A stretch of 64,000 bases of DNA. It comes from Octopus sinensis. Taxonomy: Eukaryota. The position numbers were made by a program, and so were the translations under genes. Where the stretch lies: the NCBI RefSeq assembly GCF_006345805.1, contig NC_043004.1, forward strand, positions 22,382,001 to 22,446,000. The letters are read 5' to 3'. Positions 11,650 through 24,009 of this stretch are shown here, piece after piece. The number at the start of each line of letters is the position of its first letter. The stretch's first letter is position 1. The notes beneath the pieces were generated by a model. The model was given only the letters and a program-made list of their open reading frames with translations, had not been told where the DNA came from and searched no databases.

Positions 11650-14600
11650 AAGTATGTATGTATCTGTAATATTATCAACAGTAGAATACGTTCACAGGTA
11701 ATTCAAAACTACTGTTTGAAGGAATTCTAAATGTAACCAGCCCTTCTTTGACAGTTATGTAAGAATACAATATCCAGTGTATCCCGCAATTAGGCATGAC
11801 GACACGGTAAGATCCTCTAGTGATAAGGTTGATATTTTAGCGGTTGAGTAGGCTTACATCCACCTAGTGATTATTTCATTGTATAAAGAATATATATCTT
11901 TAAGATAATACACTTTATCGATACTTCCCATAGTCGGCAATTTTTATTCAAGCAATCTTTCCGACTAATTATACAATTTCCATGATAACTGGAGCTCCCT
12001 TTCTTTTTTGTTTGTTTTTCTTTCTGAATTCTTAGTGACTAAATTTATGTTCTACATTTTCTGCATCAATGATTTACAATGCAAGGAAATATTGAATTAT
12101 CGACTTACTTATGGCAGCAAATTAAAATAATACAAGTTGTTTAGATCTTATCACCAGGATTTATAGATTAAATTATGGAATTTGCGTGACAGAAAACATT
12201 TTGCAGTTGACATGTAGTATAGTCGAGGATTCAGGAATAGTTTTCCTTGTACTTACTTGTACTAATGGTTACTTTCACCCTGGGCGGGTTGAGGCGGATT
12301 CTTCTGCTATGGAAGAAGTTTCGTGGGAATATGTGGATTTCACAAGCGGTCCCCAACAATCCTGCATGTAGAGACATCCTCTTTGCCGCAGATTGTCCGC
12401 AGACGCAGGGACAGAATGACCGAGGAGCCGCCGGTTATCGAAACAGACACTCCGAGTCAGACCGATCCGCCTTGGGTGGCCCTACCAGGAACCGAAGTTC
12501 CCGACGGCATAGATCTGACACTACCCGTTGCCAGCGTCCCCACCACGGTGAGGAGGAGATGGTCTTTGGGAACGCAAAGTTTTGCTTGGCCCACGAACAA
12601 CCACGACTGAATTGACACACGATCAAAGATGGTTCAATTATGACAATTTACTAAAATAAAAACACAATGTATTATATTACACACACATATACGCATGCGA
12701 CCCCCCCCCACACACACACACGCGTAAACTAATACGATAGCAGTCAGTCAATCAGTCAGATATTGAGATAGAACCAGTAAACGTTTATATGAAAAAGTGA
12801 ATAACAGTTATTTGTGTGAACGTAACTGTCATGAAAGCAGCACTCTTATTATATAAAACATGAGAGATCTGAACAGGAAAGTTAGTATACGTGCACACTG
12901 AAAGAATATACATAACCACTATTATTTTACATAGGATTAAGTCAACATTTACTAAATATGGTAAGATGGTTACTTTCATTTTTTTTTCCATGGATGTTGT
13001 AATACATAATTTAATCATCGGTGGTCCCAATACAGAACTGTAGTAAATAACTATTTTTTGTATCTGTTACAATTCTTTATAAAAATGTCCTTCTGAGAGT
13101 TTCAATATGTCCACTAGAGCTTGATTTTTCTAACTTGACCATAATGCTGTTTCATACACAGATCATTATCTTATCAATCTCCGAACGTATTAACAGGATA
13201 TATTTTTTTGTCTATTTTTCAGAGCTAATTCTATCGTGTTTTCAGTCTGACTGCCTTGGAAATATTTGTCTTTAATCAATTAATGTCATTGATATTCGTA
13301 GCGGATACTCAAATATTGTCCGTGGAATATTGTTTCAATTATTCAATAAAATCAAATAAAGAAAAACAAATATCATTTTGAGATAAGTTACTGACTAAAT
13401 CGTGCATCAGTACATAAGAAACCCCAAAAGGTCGCCATGAAAAGCAGAGCATAAAGTTTTGTAAATATATTTCATTCTGAATAGAGAAATACTACTCGGC
13501 ATGTCTTATATAAATATAATACATTGCATTAATATTGAAATTTCATTGATGAATGCCAAGGAAAATTTCGGTGTTTGTTGTTGTTCCTATTAATGGTTTT
13601 ACTTTCACTTTTGTTCGTGTGCTACAGTTTAGTATTGAGAAAATCTTCTTTCTGCATTTTTTTCTTCTTTTCTCCCAGTCAACTTCATTTATATAATCAG
13701 ACCAATTCTTTCGATCACCAGTAGCGTTGTGGTAATATTTGATTTTCGTCCAGCTGGATTTTCAATAACCTTCAGGAATACACATAATAGCATGGACGTT
13801 TATATATTTTTTACTCCTTGTCATTTTATTTTCGTCCCTCCATTCTTACATATTCTCTATCTAACTCCATCTCTCTCTTCTCTCTCCTCTCTCTCTCTGT
13901 CTCTCTTTTTCTCCCCCCCCCTCTCTCTCTCTCTCTCCCTCTCCACCTTTCATTGCTTTGTCTACTAATATTACTTGTAGATTTCTCACTCAACTATTTA
14001 TTTTACCTACACGTAATGAAACGTTTTTCGTAGTACAAATTTTATCATCAATTTAAAGCTTAGCTGCCAGATATGAGATTACCACTATTCGTAAGATCCT
14101 ATTTATTCTCTCTGTCCATCTGTCTCTCACTTTGAGATCCTTCTTTAACCAATGTCATTCTTACTTTTGTCTAGAAGTCCATTGTCAAGATGATTGTGTC
14201 TATTATTGAACCTAAGCCCAGGTTTTCATCACCGATTTAGTATTATCACTTCTCTCTTGTTCTTCTGATTTCTCGCCCTCTACTTTATTATTATTACTAT
14301 TATTATTATTATCGTTGTTGTTATTAATATTTGTAGTAGTAGTAGTATTTTGAAGATAAAATATTGTCGATGTTGGATGTTATATTCAATGTATGATACT
14401 GGAATCATTTCAAGCAGAAGACAGATAAAGGTATTCCCTGGCGAGGGTGTATGTGTGTGCTCGTGTGTATTCCTGTGTGTTTATGCAACTTGCATAATCA
14501 CATATATATGAACTATGAGAGTGTTTCTGTGTCTGTGGTTGGATCCGATTATGTGTCGAGTGCGGAGGCGCTAGTATTTTTACCCGTGTTTGTTTCCCTC

Positions 14601-15462
14601 TTTTGCATGTATATAAGAGAGAAGGGAAATGTATGTATGTGCATGTGCTGTCATACCTTTCTCATTGTGTACATCTGTATTTATGTCAGTGTGCATAGGA
14701 TATACACCACTATGGGAGTATATGTATTATTTCTGTGTGTGTTTGTGCATTACTGTATACATCAGAAGGGATACGTTCTTGGGTCGATGCGTTTTTATTC
14801 ACGTTCTGTAAACAGAAAATATAAGAAAAACGTATTTGTGCATATATGTAGATGTATGCATTTCTGCATATACGTATGTCCTGGTGATTTTGTGTCATGA
14901 GAATAGGCGTGCATGTGCATGTCTGATCGTATGAGTTTCTATATGTGTCAGATTTGTAATCTAATTTATAATCATATATGCTAAAACCATAATTAAAAGA
15001 CGTATGTAGAGTCCTCAAAAGACAGAGGTGAAATAAAGAATGTGATAGTGGTTATATGGAGATTAATCTGCTGCGACAATTGCTCCGTCCTAAGGCAGAA
15101 ATCTTTCGTCCAAAAGTAGAAATTTTTCAGATTGATTTGGTTGCTACTTGAATGAAAACTAAGTAAACTACATCCACTTCCAGCCACAGGATGCGACAGG
15201 ATTCTGCAAAGTAGATTTTGTGGTTCTGAGAAATGCTAATGAACCAGCTATTGAAATTGCCAAGTAATAGCTACGTCAAGTACATGGCACTCCCCCACCT
15301 AGTACGCGAAATCATTGCTATAGAAAGGAGACAAGGCAGGAGTCATTATCACTAGAGTATCACTGATTGTCACACTTGTATTAGAATTCCCCATATACTA
15401 GGGTAAGCTCTCTCCCTCCCTTTCTCACACACTCTCTCTCTCATTCTACATATCGATATGTG

Positions 15463-15625
15463 TACGAGGAATGACTGAAAAGTTCATAGGCTAACCAAGA
15501 TACTCTAAAATAAAGTGACCAAATGAAGATTATTTTTCAACATAGCCCCCCTTGTGGGTCACTCATTCCTTCTATCGGTGTTACTGTTAGTGAGAAAATG
15601 TCATCAACAGCAGATGTGATGTCTA
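15463..15625 (+). mobile_element. Solitary Tc1/mariner-like terminal fragment
   Basis: TA followed by 'cgaggaatgactgaaaagttcataggct', resembling mariner-type TIR starts. I found no matching opposite TIR in the window. Confidence 0.5.
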
Positions 15626-15698
15626 CGTGGGTGTAACAACATAACGCAAACATTACTGTGAATGTATATAAGTTAGATATATAAATATATATTTAAGT

Positions 15699-15746
<48 letters not shown>

Positions 15747-16075
15747 ATAAACATTGATATTTACTTAGAAATTGCTTCGTTTCATCAATTTTCGTTTATT
15801 TTTTCTTTGTGGCTTTATAGATTTTTTTGTTGGGTTTGTTTTCGGTGGAGAAAAATTAGGTGTGGCTTCCACTAGAATTTGCCTAGTAGGAACCTTTTAT
15901 ACATCTAGTTTGAAAAAGAATTACTAATAGTTTAATTTTGTAGCGATACAATAATTTTGCTGATTTTCAGCAATTTTTCATGCTGAGTGCATACTGTCAG
16001 ACCTATTTGGAGACCATGGCACTGGTGTATGATAAAACATGAGACAAAGCGTCTCTTTATCGGCAGAAACCATAA

Positions 16076-16600
16076 TTATTCTAGCTCGTGTAGAAAAATA
16101 TAAACGGGAACAGGCCAAAATCTGTGAGATAGCCAAGCAATCCGGACCGGGTGCTTTCGTGGCTTACATTTAATAAGAATTTCGGGTCTGGAATTAGGTA
16201 TTGTTGTAAATTTCTTCGATCTCAAAAGAGAGTACGATCTTTTAGCTTTGCATAACTTACATCTACTTGATCTATTTTTATATGGCGTAGATTTCGCCAC
16301 GTTTCTTTACTTGATTGTATGTAGGATTCAGATGGTATTCAAATTCCAGTCAAGTCTCCACAACCTCGAGGATTTATTTTCATCACTGTATCGGAAAACA
16401 AACTCATGGGTTGCATAATCTCTTACAAAATTGCCTTCGAATAAACCAACATAAGGCTTCTCCCTCATTACGTTATCTGGGAGCACTTCTGCTTCATAAC
16501 ACACAAAAAAAAACACTGTGTTTAATCAAGCGAGCAAGCCTCAGTGACTCCAAAGTAACAACAAGGGGTGGGCTCTTAGTGTGACTTCATATATGGGCAG
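16076..16600 (-). mobile_element. Decayed PLE GIY-YIG endonuclease (C-terminal part)
   Basis: A Cys-rich segment, then CYEAEV...KPYVGLFEGNFVRDYATH, then PYKNRSSRCKLCKAK...NSRPEILIKC. These match the PLE endonuclease tail motifs VY.A...YIG.TE..F..RY..H and PY...S.RC.LC..EK...N.R.E....C. Confidence 0.75.
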
Positions 16601-17201
16601 ACGCTGTAGAAAAGTTTTATCGAGCGTCTATTAGATATTTGCCATGTATTTGTAGTTTACTGGGAAATGCTTATTTAATAACACCAGGAACGTCTTACCT
16701 ATGGTAGTTTTAACATTTAAGGAGAATGTATCAATATAGAAAGGTAATTGCATGTCGTTTCCAATACAACTTGATTAGTGCATAAGGTGGAAGCATTTTT
16801 AATTTTCATGTCTGTCCATGATAGAATATAGAAGTCTAAACACTATATAAGTATGTGTCTGTGTGCACGTGCTTGCGTGTATGTGAATGTATATGCGTGT
16901 GCGCACCCGCGTGTGTCTGCGTTTGAAGATGCATATCCACAAATACCTGTATACGTATATTCAGCCAAGCTATATTTGTATACGTATGTACTTTTACATA
17001 TTTATAAACGTACACAAACGTAGATATTCTTTTATTTTTTATTCTTAGTTGTTTCAGTCATTTGATTGTGGTCATGCTGGAGCACAGACTTATAGATACA
17101 TGCATATATATATATATATATACACATAATACAAATATATATGTATATATTTGTATTTGTTTATATGTATGCATACATATATACATATGTGTGTGTGCGT
17201 T

Positions 17202-17264
<63 letters not shown>

Positions 17265-17604
17265 ATAAAATATATATATATATATTTGTATTTGTTTCTA
17301 TGTATGCATGTAGAGAATGTGTGTGTGAGTGGAAGAGAGAGGCAGATAGAGAGACAATAAACGTTACGTTAAATACATTATTGAAAACAATTCTTCAGTT
17401 ATTAAAGTTATCTCCACCTCTAGACGATGTATTATAATTACCAAATGTCAATTATCAAATGAAAGCTATCACCAGCTCCTCTTGAGAAAAGGGATTGCCC
17501 TCTTATCTTCAATCAAAAAGCCTGTCCCTTTCAGTATTAGCCTGTCATTTTTTGTAAATTTCTTGAATCTCGAAATGGTATCTCTTTCCCAAGTGGAGTT
17601 CATT

Positions 17605-17661
17605 ATAATCACCATTTGATAATCACCATTTGATAATTACCATTTGATAATTGCTATTTTG
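17605..17661. repeat. 14-bp minisatellite (ataatcaccatttg) x4, decaying rightwards
   Basis: Two exact units followed by two progressively diverged units. Confidence 0.85.
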
Positions 17662-18185
17662 TAATTATGATTCTTCTTCATGTAGAAATGATTTAAATAA
17701 ATCGAGAATTTATATCGTAAGGTGTTTACTATACCTGTATATATCTATGCCATTCAAATACATGGTACTCGACATTCTGAATTAATTATCTTAACTTCTC
17801 TTAGTTTAGATATACGATAATGTACTGCAAATACGAACACATAACCTAGATAACGTACCTTTACATTCACTCATATACTGAAAGAACTGCACGTATATAA
17901 ATATTCAAGAATGTACGCATATATAGATATATATATGCATATATATCTAAATACGCACACGCATACTCATACTTACACCTTCAAGTATTAATACATGCAG
18001 GCATATGTATCGATAAACACTTATGTATACGCATTCACATGAATATATATACACCTATACATATATATGTATTTATGTGTGCGTGTAACCATATAAAATC
18101 AAAGGTAAACACATAAGCGTACTTATTCAACTATAGATTTACATGCGTGAACTCGTACCTATAAATATATATATATATTATATAT

Positions 18186-18235
<50 letters not shown>

Positions 18236-18329
18236 ATATATATACACCTATTTACTTATCCTTACTGCGTTGAATATACATATTTAAAATAGCGAATTGA
18301 ATATACTTACTAACATGGTGGTGTCTTTG

Positions 18330-18640
18330 CATAGTCATATCTCTATTGAAACAGCTGCAGCTGCACTTATGCTCATTCAAACGATAGCTTGTGATTTTTG
18401 ATGTCGATAGAAGCATTTCTCTTAGCTAACACTCCCACGCTCTCGCTAGGCTGCTTGCAATCAGTCGCATTTGTGAATCACTGCGCTTGTCTGAAGTAGA
18501 ATTCAGAACCTTCCACTAGGTCGAGGTACGTTGCACAGTTTGTACGCCGCATCTTTTAACTCCTGGTTCCGTTGTTGTTGGGTATAATTTCGCTTTTGGC
18601 AGTATCCTTTTCGGTGATTTAGGTTAGATTTTACTTTTGA
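18330..18640 (-). mobile_element. Decayed PLE linker/GIY-YIG fragment (different family)
   Basis: Frameshifted minus-strand translation PGVKRCG/NCATYLDLVEGSEFYFRQ resembles the Cys-rich linker that precedes PLE GIY-YIG domains. Confidence 0.5.
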
Positions 18641-19149
18641 TGAATTGATTTAGGCTAGGTTTTTTCTTTTGAAGTGTGTAGAATGTGGTCTGTGTATTAT
18701 ATATTGCGCTTATGGGGCAAATGCATTAATGGAAAATCAGATAGATTCTAAAATTATTGCCATGGATATCAATAAAATAAATTTGTAGCAAACGTGATGC
18801 AATATAATGCTCAAATGCTATACAGACGCATTGGAAAATATTGTCCATAAAACGTAATACATTCACTGCATCGAATATTTATTTAGTGCTCCTTATACAG
18901 AAGTCAATGAGCTACTACATGATTGCTCAAATTACTAGAAATAGTGACCAGATATTCAACAAATCACACTGTGTAAGCGAAAAGATGTTTGGTTGATGTT
19001 GCTTCACATAAGATATATTGGAAAATGAAGGCATAAAACCGGATAGTCATAATCAGTCCGCGACTTTCTAGTCTCTCATGTACTGTAGAAACCGCATATT
19101 GTTTATCTATTAAACTAAAATCAATCCTTTTATCAACCAATTTTTTCGG

Positions 19150-20534
19150 GGTGAACTATGTTTATGACAATTTAAATTTACCCGTATCAGAAGCCGCAGA
19201 GATAACAACTCGAGACAACAAACATAACTCCTGCAATTCAGCAAATTCAAATAACTTATCTCCAAGCTGGCAATATTTTTGTCCTTTGTGGAGAGGAATC
19301 ATGCATGAATGGATATGAAAAACAATCAAACAAAGGTATTTCATCCTATTGTTTCTGTAAGTTATTGTTGTTCGCGTTAAAGAGTATCACAATTAAGTAT
19401 GGATGCGCTATGAGTACTTCCATGAGAGTTAATTTTGCAAAAGTCCCCATGACAAGATTTAAGATACGATTGCATGAGATATTCAAATCACTGCACGATC
19501 ATGAACCAATAATCTGACTATGATTCTTTTTTGTCTGGGAATGATCGCAGAGTAGATTATTTCTTGTATTTCTCTGACTATTTGACGCGATGCTATTGTT
19601 TTAAGTACAACAAAAATTCCTTCTCTAGCATCGAATCATTGGACACAAAAGTTAAGACTTTAGAAGGTGGAACAGTGACAGCTATTTTGCAAGCACATAT
19701 GAAGCCAAATTTACGTTCAGCGCTGCTACAATCTTATACATAATACAATTAAGTCAGATCCGAAAATCCAGATTATTGGAGTATAACAGATTTATACAGA
19801 CACAAGAGATTACTGGAAACATGCAAATGCTTTCTTTCGGGCATTATTTCAAACGCGAACGAGTAAAGATCGCAAATGACATTGCTAAAATTAACATTGC
19901 CAAACTTAAACGCATAATTTTAGCAGCCAAAGTAAAATTAGTGATTGAATTCCTTCAGTGATTAAAGGACACAGAAATTTCGCTGGCAATATAAAAAATG
20001 TTGCATAAACGTCACAGCATATTTCAGGAAAATATCTTCGTTCCACGCAAATATTTCCTCACAGATGTATTGTAGATGCAATAATAACATAAGAGAGCAA
20101 TTAACCACTATGTCTAATCCCCATAAAAATACCAATGGAGTTTCCGGAAGTTGTATCCTGAAAAATAGTCTCATTGTACAACAGCATGTCAAGTGAATTC
20201 CATCACAGCATGTAACAGAAATGTACGCAGTGGAATGCACCAAACACGACTTGTTTTAGGTTAATTGCGCAATTGAACAATTAAATAAAAGATTCAATGA
20301 CAATAGGTAGACGCCAGGCACAATAACTGTAGTTCGACGGAACTGTCCGAATTTTTTTTACAAGAAACGACTGTAATTTTGAGAAACACCTGACAGTGCA
20401 CCTTCTCAGAAAATATTCTGACTCAACTGCACTTTCATTCCTCAAAATAGATGAAGATAAATGTATTTGTGGGTTACTAACGTCACATCCTGAAGTAATG
20501 AACAAATTGACTTGCGAATTTCATTATTTATATA
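19150..20534 (+). mobile_element. Decayed Penelope-like element (RT + GIY-YIG). 3' UTR resumes at 20812-~20930; may extend upstream to ~18700
   Basis: RT motifs GCAMSTSMRVNFAKVPM (~19401; cf. G.AMG...A...ANLFM), FFVW (~19530) and SLDTKV. Endonuclease MYAVECTKHDLF*VNCAIEQLNKRF...LLRKYSDSTALSFL...LLTSHPEVMNKL. Clearly homologous to the copy at 23085-23990. Confidence 0.8.
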
Positions 20535-20811
20535 CAGTGGAAGCACTCCGTCGGTTACGACGACGAGGGTTCCGGTTGATCCGAATCAACGGAACAGCCT
20601 GATCGTGAAATTAACGTGTAAGTGGCTGAGTACTCCACAGACACGTGTACCCTTAACGTAGTTCTCGGGGATATTCAGCGTGAGACAGAGAGTGACAAGG
20701 CCGGCCCTTTGAAATACAGGTACAACAGAAACAGGAAGTAAGAGTGAGAGAAAGTTGTGGTGAAAGAGTACAGCAGGGATCACCACCATCCCCTGCCGGA
20801 GCCTCGTGGAG
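20535..20811 (-). mobile_element. SINE-like element (family D) inserted in the PLE 3' end with an 11-bp TSD
   Basis: GC-richer non-coding block flanked by ttatttatata (20524-20534) and ttacttatata (20812-20822). Removing it restores the PLE reading EFHYLYNKTF*. A terminal hairpin tccggttgat-ccga-atcaacgga is present. Confidence 0.75.
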
Positions 20812-21139
20812 TTACTTATATAATAAAACATTTTGATTAAGTTTCTCTTTCATGTTTTATTTTTCTGCATTTTTACTTCTTCCTTTTTACAGGTTATGGA
20901 AAGGTGAAAACTGATAGTCATTTTGTTTTTAAATGAACGCAAGATATCTCCGTAGTATATATTGTGAATTTCTGTGTTTCTGCGTTATTTTCTGTTTTCA
21001 CTTTGAACCCGAGGAAGAGAGATATACTCACTTCAATAAACAAAACCAATCTCTATTACAAGTCGTCCCTTTCTGAAGAGTTACGCTAATCTTCATAAAT
21101 TAATTTAAAAAATAATAGTGGCCTCTCTTGTTGAAAGCG

Positions 21140-21404
21140 ACGTATGAGTGTTCAAATATTGCCGAACGACCTGCACAGATGATTTGTTTAAAGTGACTAA
21201 ATGTTAATGCTGCACGTTAGCTCACTCTTGTCATCAACTCGACTTGGTTTGAACAGGTACATGGTGTACGACACGCGAGGTGTCGAAGATATCAGTGAGC
21301 AACGTGTGAAGAATTGTTTTACTCAAGAACACAAAACACCACCCACTCTAGGAATTGAAATCACAATCTAGCGATCGTTAGTGCAACACCCTAACTACTA
21401 GACC
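21140..21404 (-). mobile_element. Decayed tRNA-headed SINE (family C-like head)
   Basis: The minus strand begins tggtctagtagttagggtgttgcac...gatttcaattcc (A/B-box-like) and shares 'ctcaagaacacaa' with the 57186-57510 copy. Confidence 0.6.
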
Positions 21405-21431
21405 AATAATAATAATAATAGTAATGATAAT

Positions 21432-21607
21432 GTAACATTGATGGATACAGCCCATATACTAAGAAAAGCACGCTTCATCTATAATGAGATAAATGTGGTG
21501 ATAATTTTAGCATGCATAGCAAAACAAAAGTGTCTTTGATACTCTTGGCCTCCGGAGGATGCCGGGTACTAAGGCAGCTGAAATAAAGTTATAATGAAAT
21601 GAAACCA
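21432..21607 (+). mobile_element. Very short 5'-truncated R4/Dong-type copy (third subfamily)
   Basis: Translates VTLMDTAHILRKARFIY, homologous to the C-termini LMGTAHILRKILYM (copy 1) and LLGTAHILRRTLSIQ (copy 2). (AAT)n lies on both sides. Confidence 0.7.
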
Positions 21608-21673
<66 letters not shown>

Positions 21674-21686
21674 TATAATAATAATA

Positions 21687-21723
<37 letters not shown>

Positions 21724-21724
<1 letters not shown>

Positions 21725-23016
21725 TAAGTTACAGCTACAATATCCTTAACTGGACACGAAATGAACTGTCCAAAATAGATAGGAAAACAAGAAAAATACT
21801 GACAGGATCTAGGATGCATCACCCAAAATCTGATATAGATAGACTATATATACAACGTATAGAAGGTGGTAGAGGCCTTATACAGCTGGAAAACTACTAT
21901 AAAATAACCACCATAGGACTGCAAAAATACCTACTTCAGAAGGAAGGAAAACTGATCCAGATAGCAGCAAAACACGAGCAAAACAAAAAACTGTTCTCAG
22001 TATTTAAGGAAGCTGACAAATACAAACAAGAAATCATACCACCTAATAAACACAAAGAAGAAGAAGAAGAAGAAGATGAAGAAACAACAAAAGCTATAAA
22101 ACAAATGAAATCCAAACTAAAAATAGAACAGCAACGAGCCATGATAAAACGATGGCAAGAAAAACCCCTTCATGGTAAATACTGCACTAAACTAAACGCA
22201 AAAGAAATAGACAAAGAAAAATCCCAGCAATGGTTGAGAAGCTCAGGACTCAAAGCAGAAACAGAGGGATTTTTAATTGCAGCACAAGACCAAAGCCTCC
22301 CCACCAGAAATTACCAAAAACATGTAATGAAAAGAAATATTACAAGTAACTGCAGAATATGTGGAGATGGACAAGAAACAATAAATCATATTATCTCTAG
22401 CTGCCCAGTCCTGGCTAAGAAGGAATATATTCACAGACATGACAGAGTTGGAACCTACATACATTGGAAGCTATGCCAACATTATGGAATAACAACAGAA
22501 AAAAGATGGTATAGGCACACACCAGAAAAGGTCACAGAAAACGAGAAAACAACCATACTCTGGGATATGCCGATACACACAGATAGAGAAATTAAGGCCA
22601 ACAGACCAGATATAGTTGTCAGAGATCATGAAGAAAAAAAATGCTTTCTAATTGATGTATCAATACCGGCAGATGACAACGTGTCTCTAAAAGAAATGGA
22701 GAAACTCTCAAAATACAAAGACCTGGAAATAGAGGTAACTAGAATGTGGAACCTGAAAACAGAAACAATTCCTATCATAGTAGGTGCATTAGGCATGATA
22801 AAAAAATATTCAGACAAATACATAACAAAAACACCAGGACTTACAAACACATATAACATACAGAAAATTGCACTACTAGGCACTGCACACATCCTACGCA
22901 GAACACTTTCCATACAATAACCATCAGAGCATCACAACAAATCACAGCACATACCCAAGGCACACAGAGCTGCGCTCGGTAGTGAAGTGAAAGCACGCTA
23001 TAAAAATAAAACTACA

Positions 23017-23017
<1 letters not shown>
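21724..23017 (+). mobile_element. 5'-truncated R4/Dong-type non-LTR retrotransposon, copy 2
   Basis: An uninterrupted frame starts at the junction with (AAT)n, runs to 22920 and is followed by a ~100-bp 3' UTR. (AAT)n tracts flank it at 21608-21723 and 23018-23081. Confidence 0.93.
21814..22920 (+). CDS. Partial retrotransposon ORF: RT thumb end, CCHC zinc knuckle, restriction-like (PD-D/ExK) endonuclease
   Basis: HPKSDIDRLY..R.EGGRGL; CRICGDGQETINHIISSC (C-x2-C-x8-H-x4-C); RHDRV; NRPDIVV; FLIDVSIP; KLSKYKDL; IVGALG. The frame extends 29 codons upstream of the listed ATG (SYSYNILNWTRNELSKIDRKTRK...), so the ATG is internal. Confidence 0.92.
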   Translation: MHHPKSDIDRLYIQRIEGGRGLIQLENYYKITTIGLQKYLLQKEGKLIQIAAKHEQNKKLFSVFKEADKYKQEIIPPNKHKEEEEEEDEETTKAIKQMKSKLKIEQQRAMIKRWQEKPLHGKYCTKLNAKEIDKEKSQQWLRSSGLKAETEGFLIAAQDQSLPTRNYQKHVMKRNITSNCRICGDGQETINHIISSCPVLAKKEYIHRHDRVGTYIHWKLCQHYGITTEKRWYRHTPEKVTENEKTTILWDMPIHTDREIKANRPDIVVRDHEEKKCFLIDVSIPADDNVSLKEMEKLSKYKDLEIEVTRMWNLKTETIPIIVGALGMIKKYSDKYITKTPGLTNTYNIQKIALLGTAHILRRTLSIQ

Positions 23018-23083
<66 letters not shown>

Positions 23084-23084
23084 G

Positions 23085-23990
23085 ACGAAGAGCACGATTC
23101 GATTGTAATAGATATTTTATTGGTTAAATGATATTTCAACTGTACGTCTGTCTTTGTCAAGTTCAAATTTAGAAGTGATAAAAATTCAAAATTATAGAAA
23201 TTTAAACGTAAAGTATGAACAAGAGCAACCAGCGTCCACACGTTGATGGAAAGACATCATCAGTTTTTAAATTACAATTTTGTAACAGGCGAAAAGTAAA
23301 AGACAGAAAAAAGAAGACGTCAGAAAAAAGGAATGAAAAAGAGAAAATAGAAGAATCTTTAATTAAACAGTTTTGTATAAATTTGATGATATTCTCCTGT
23401 CATCTTATTCATTCCTCCAGAGCGTGATGTTAATAACTAGCGAATATATTTCTCCTCATACATTCTGAGAAGTGAAAGGGAAGCAGAGTCAGAGAACTTT
23501 CTGAGAATATGTACTTTCAAGTCTTCTTCAGAATTGCAGCCGCTTGAAACGAAATGTTCGGCAAGTTCTTTAGAACTACTGTTATTGTGCCTGACGTCGA
23601 ATCTGTTCCCTTTAAGCCTTTTGTTTAATTGTTCTGTGCTACAGCCAACATAAATTAAGTTGTGTTTCGTGCATTCTGCAGCATATAACAAATGGGAATC
23701 TTTACATGCTACAACTTCTGTATAAATCATAACATTATGATTTCCGATGAAATTCACTTCACTCATGTTGTTGCACAATGAACAGGGCTTACCTCTCTTG
23801 CGGCTGTTCTTTAAGGTAAAGTGTGCAGATACTCCAACGTTCGTTTTCTTGGAGTCAGAAAAAGCGGTCAATAATTCTCTTATATTCTTATTCCGTCTAA
23901 CGGCTACAATAGGCGGCTGAGGAAATATCTGTTGGAAACGAGGATATATTTTTCGCCACATGCTGGTAACTGAGAAGATTTGGTTTGAAA
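23085..23990 (-). mobile_element. Penelope-like element 3' part (linker, GIY-YIG endonuclease, pyrimidine-rich 3' UTR)
   Basis: FPQPPIVAVRRNKNIRELLT; KPCSLC; LLYAAECTKHNLIYVGCSTEQLNKR; LAEHF. After a stop at 23437 it continues LLTSRSGGMN (cf. L.T..P.GLN) to a stop at ~23359. Confidence 0.88.
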
Positions 23991-24009
23991 TGTGAGGAGA
24001 AGTATTTCT

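Noticed and set aside
20860-20910. Acceptor plus 11-nt micro-exon (tttttacag|GTTATGGAAAG|gtgaaa)
   Set aside because: It lies in the pyrimidine-rich PLE 3' UTR and the donor is weak. No evidence for a host exon.
23230-23270. Minus-strand CTGATGA with a plausible stem II in the PLE 3' UTR (similar lone cores at 50281-50287 and 53156-53162)
   Set aside because: The position is suggestive, but the GAAA half of the core is missing, so it cannot be called a ribozyme.
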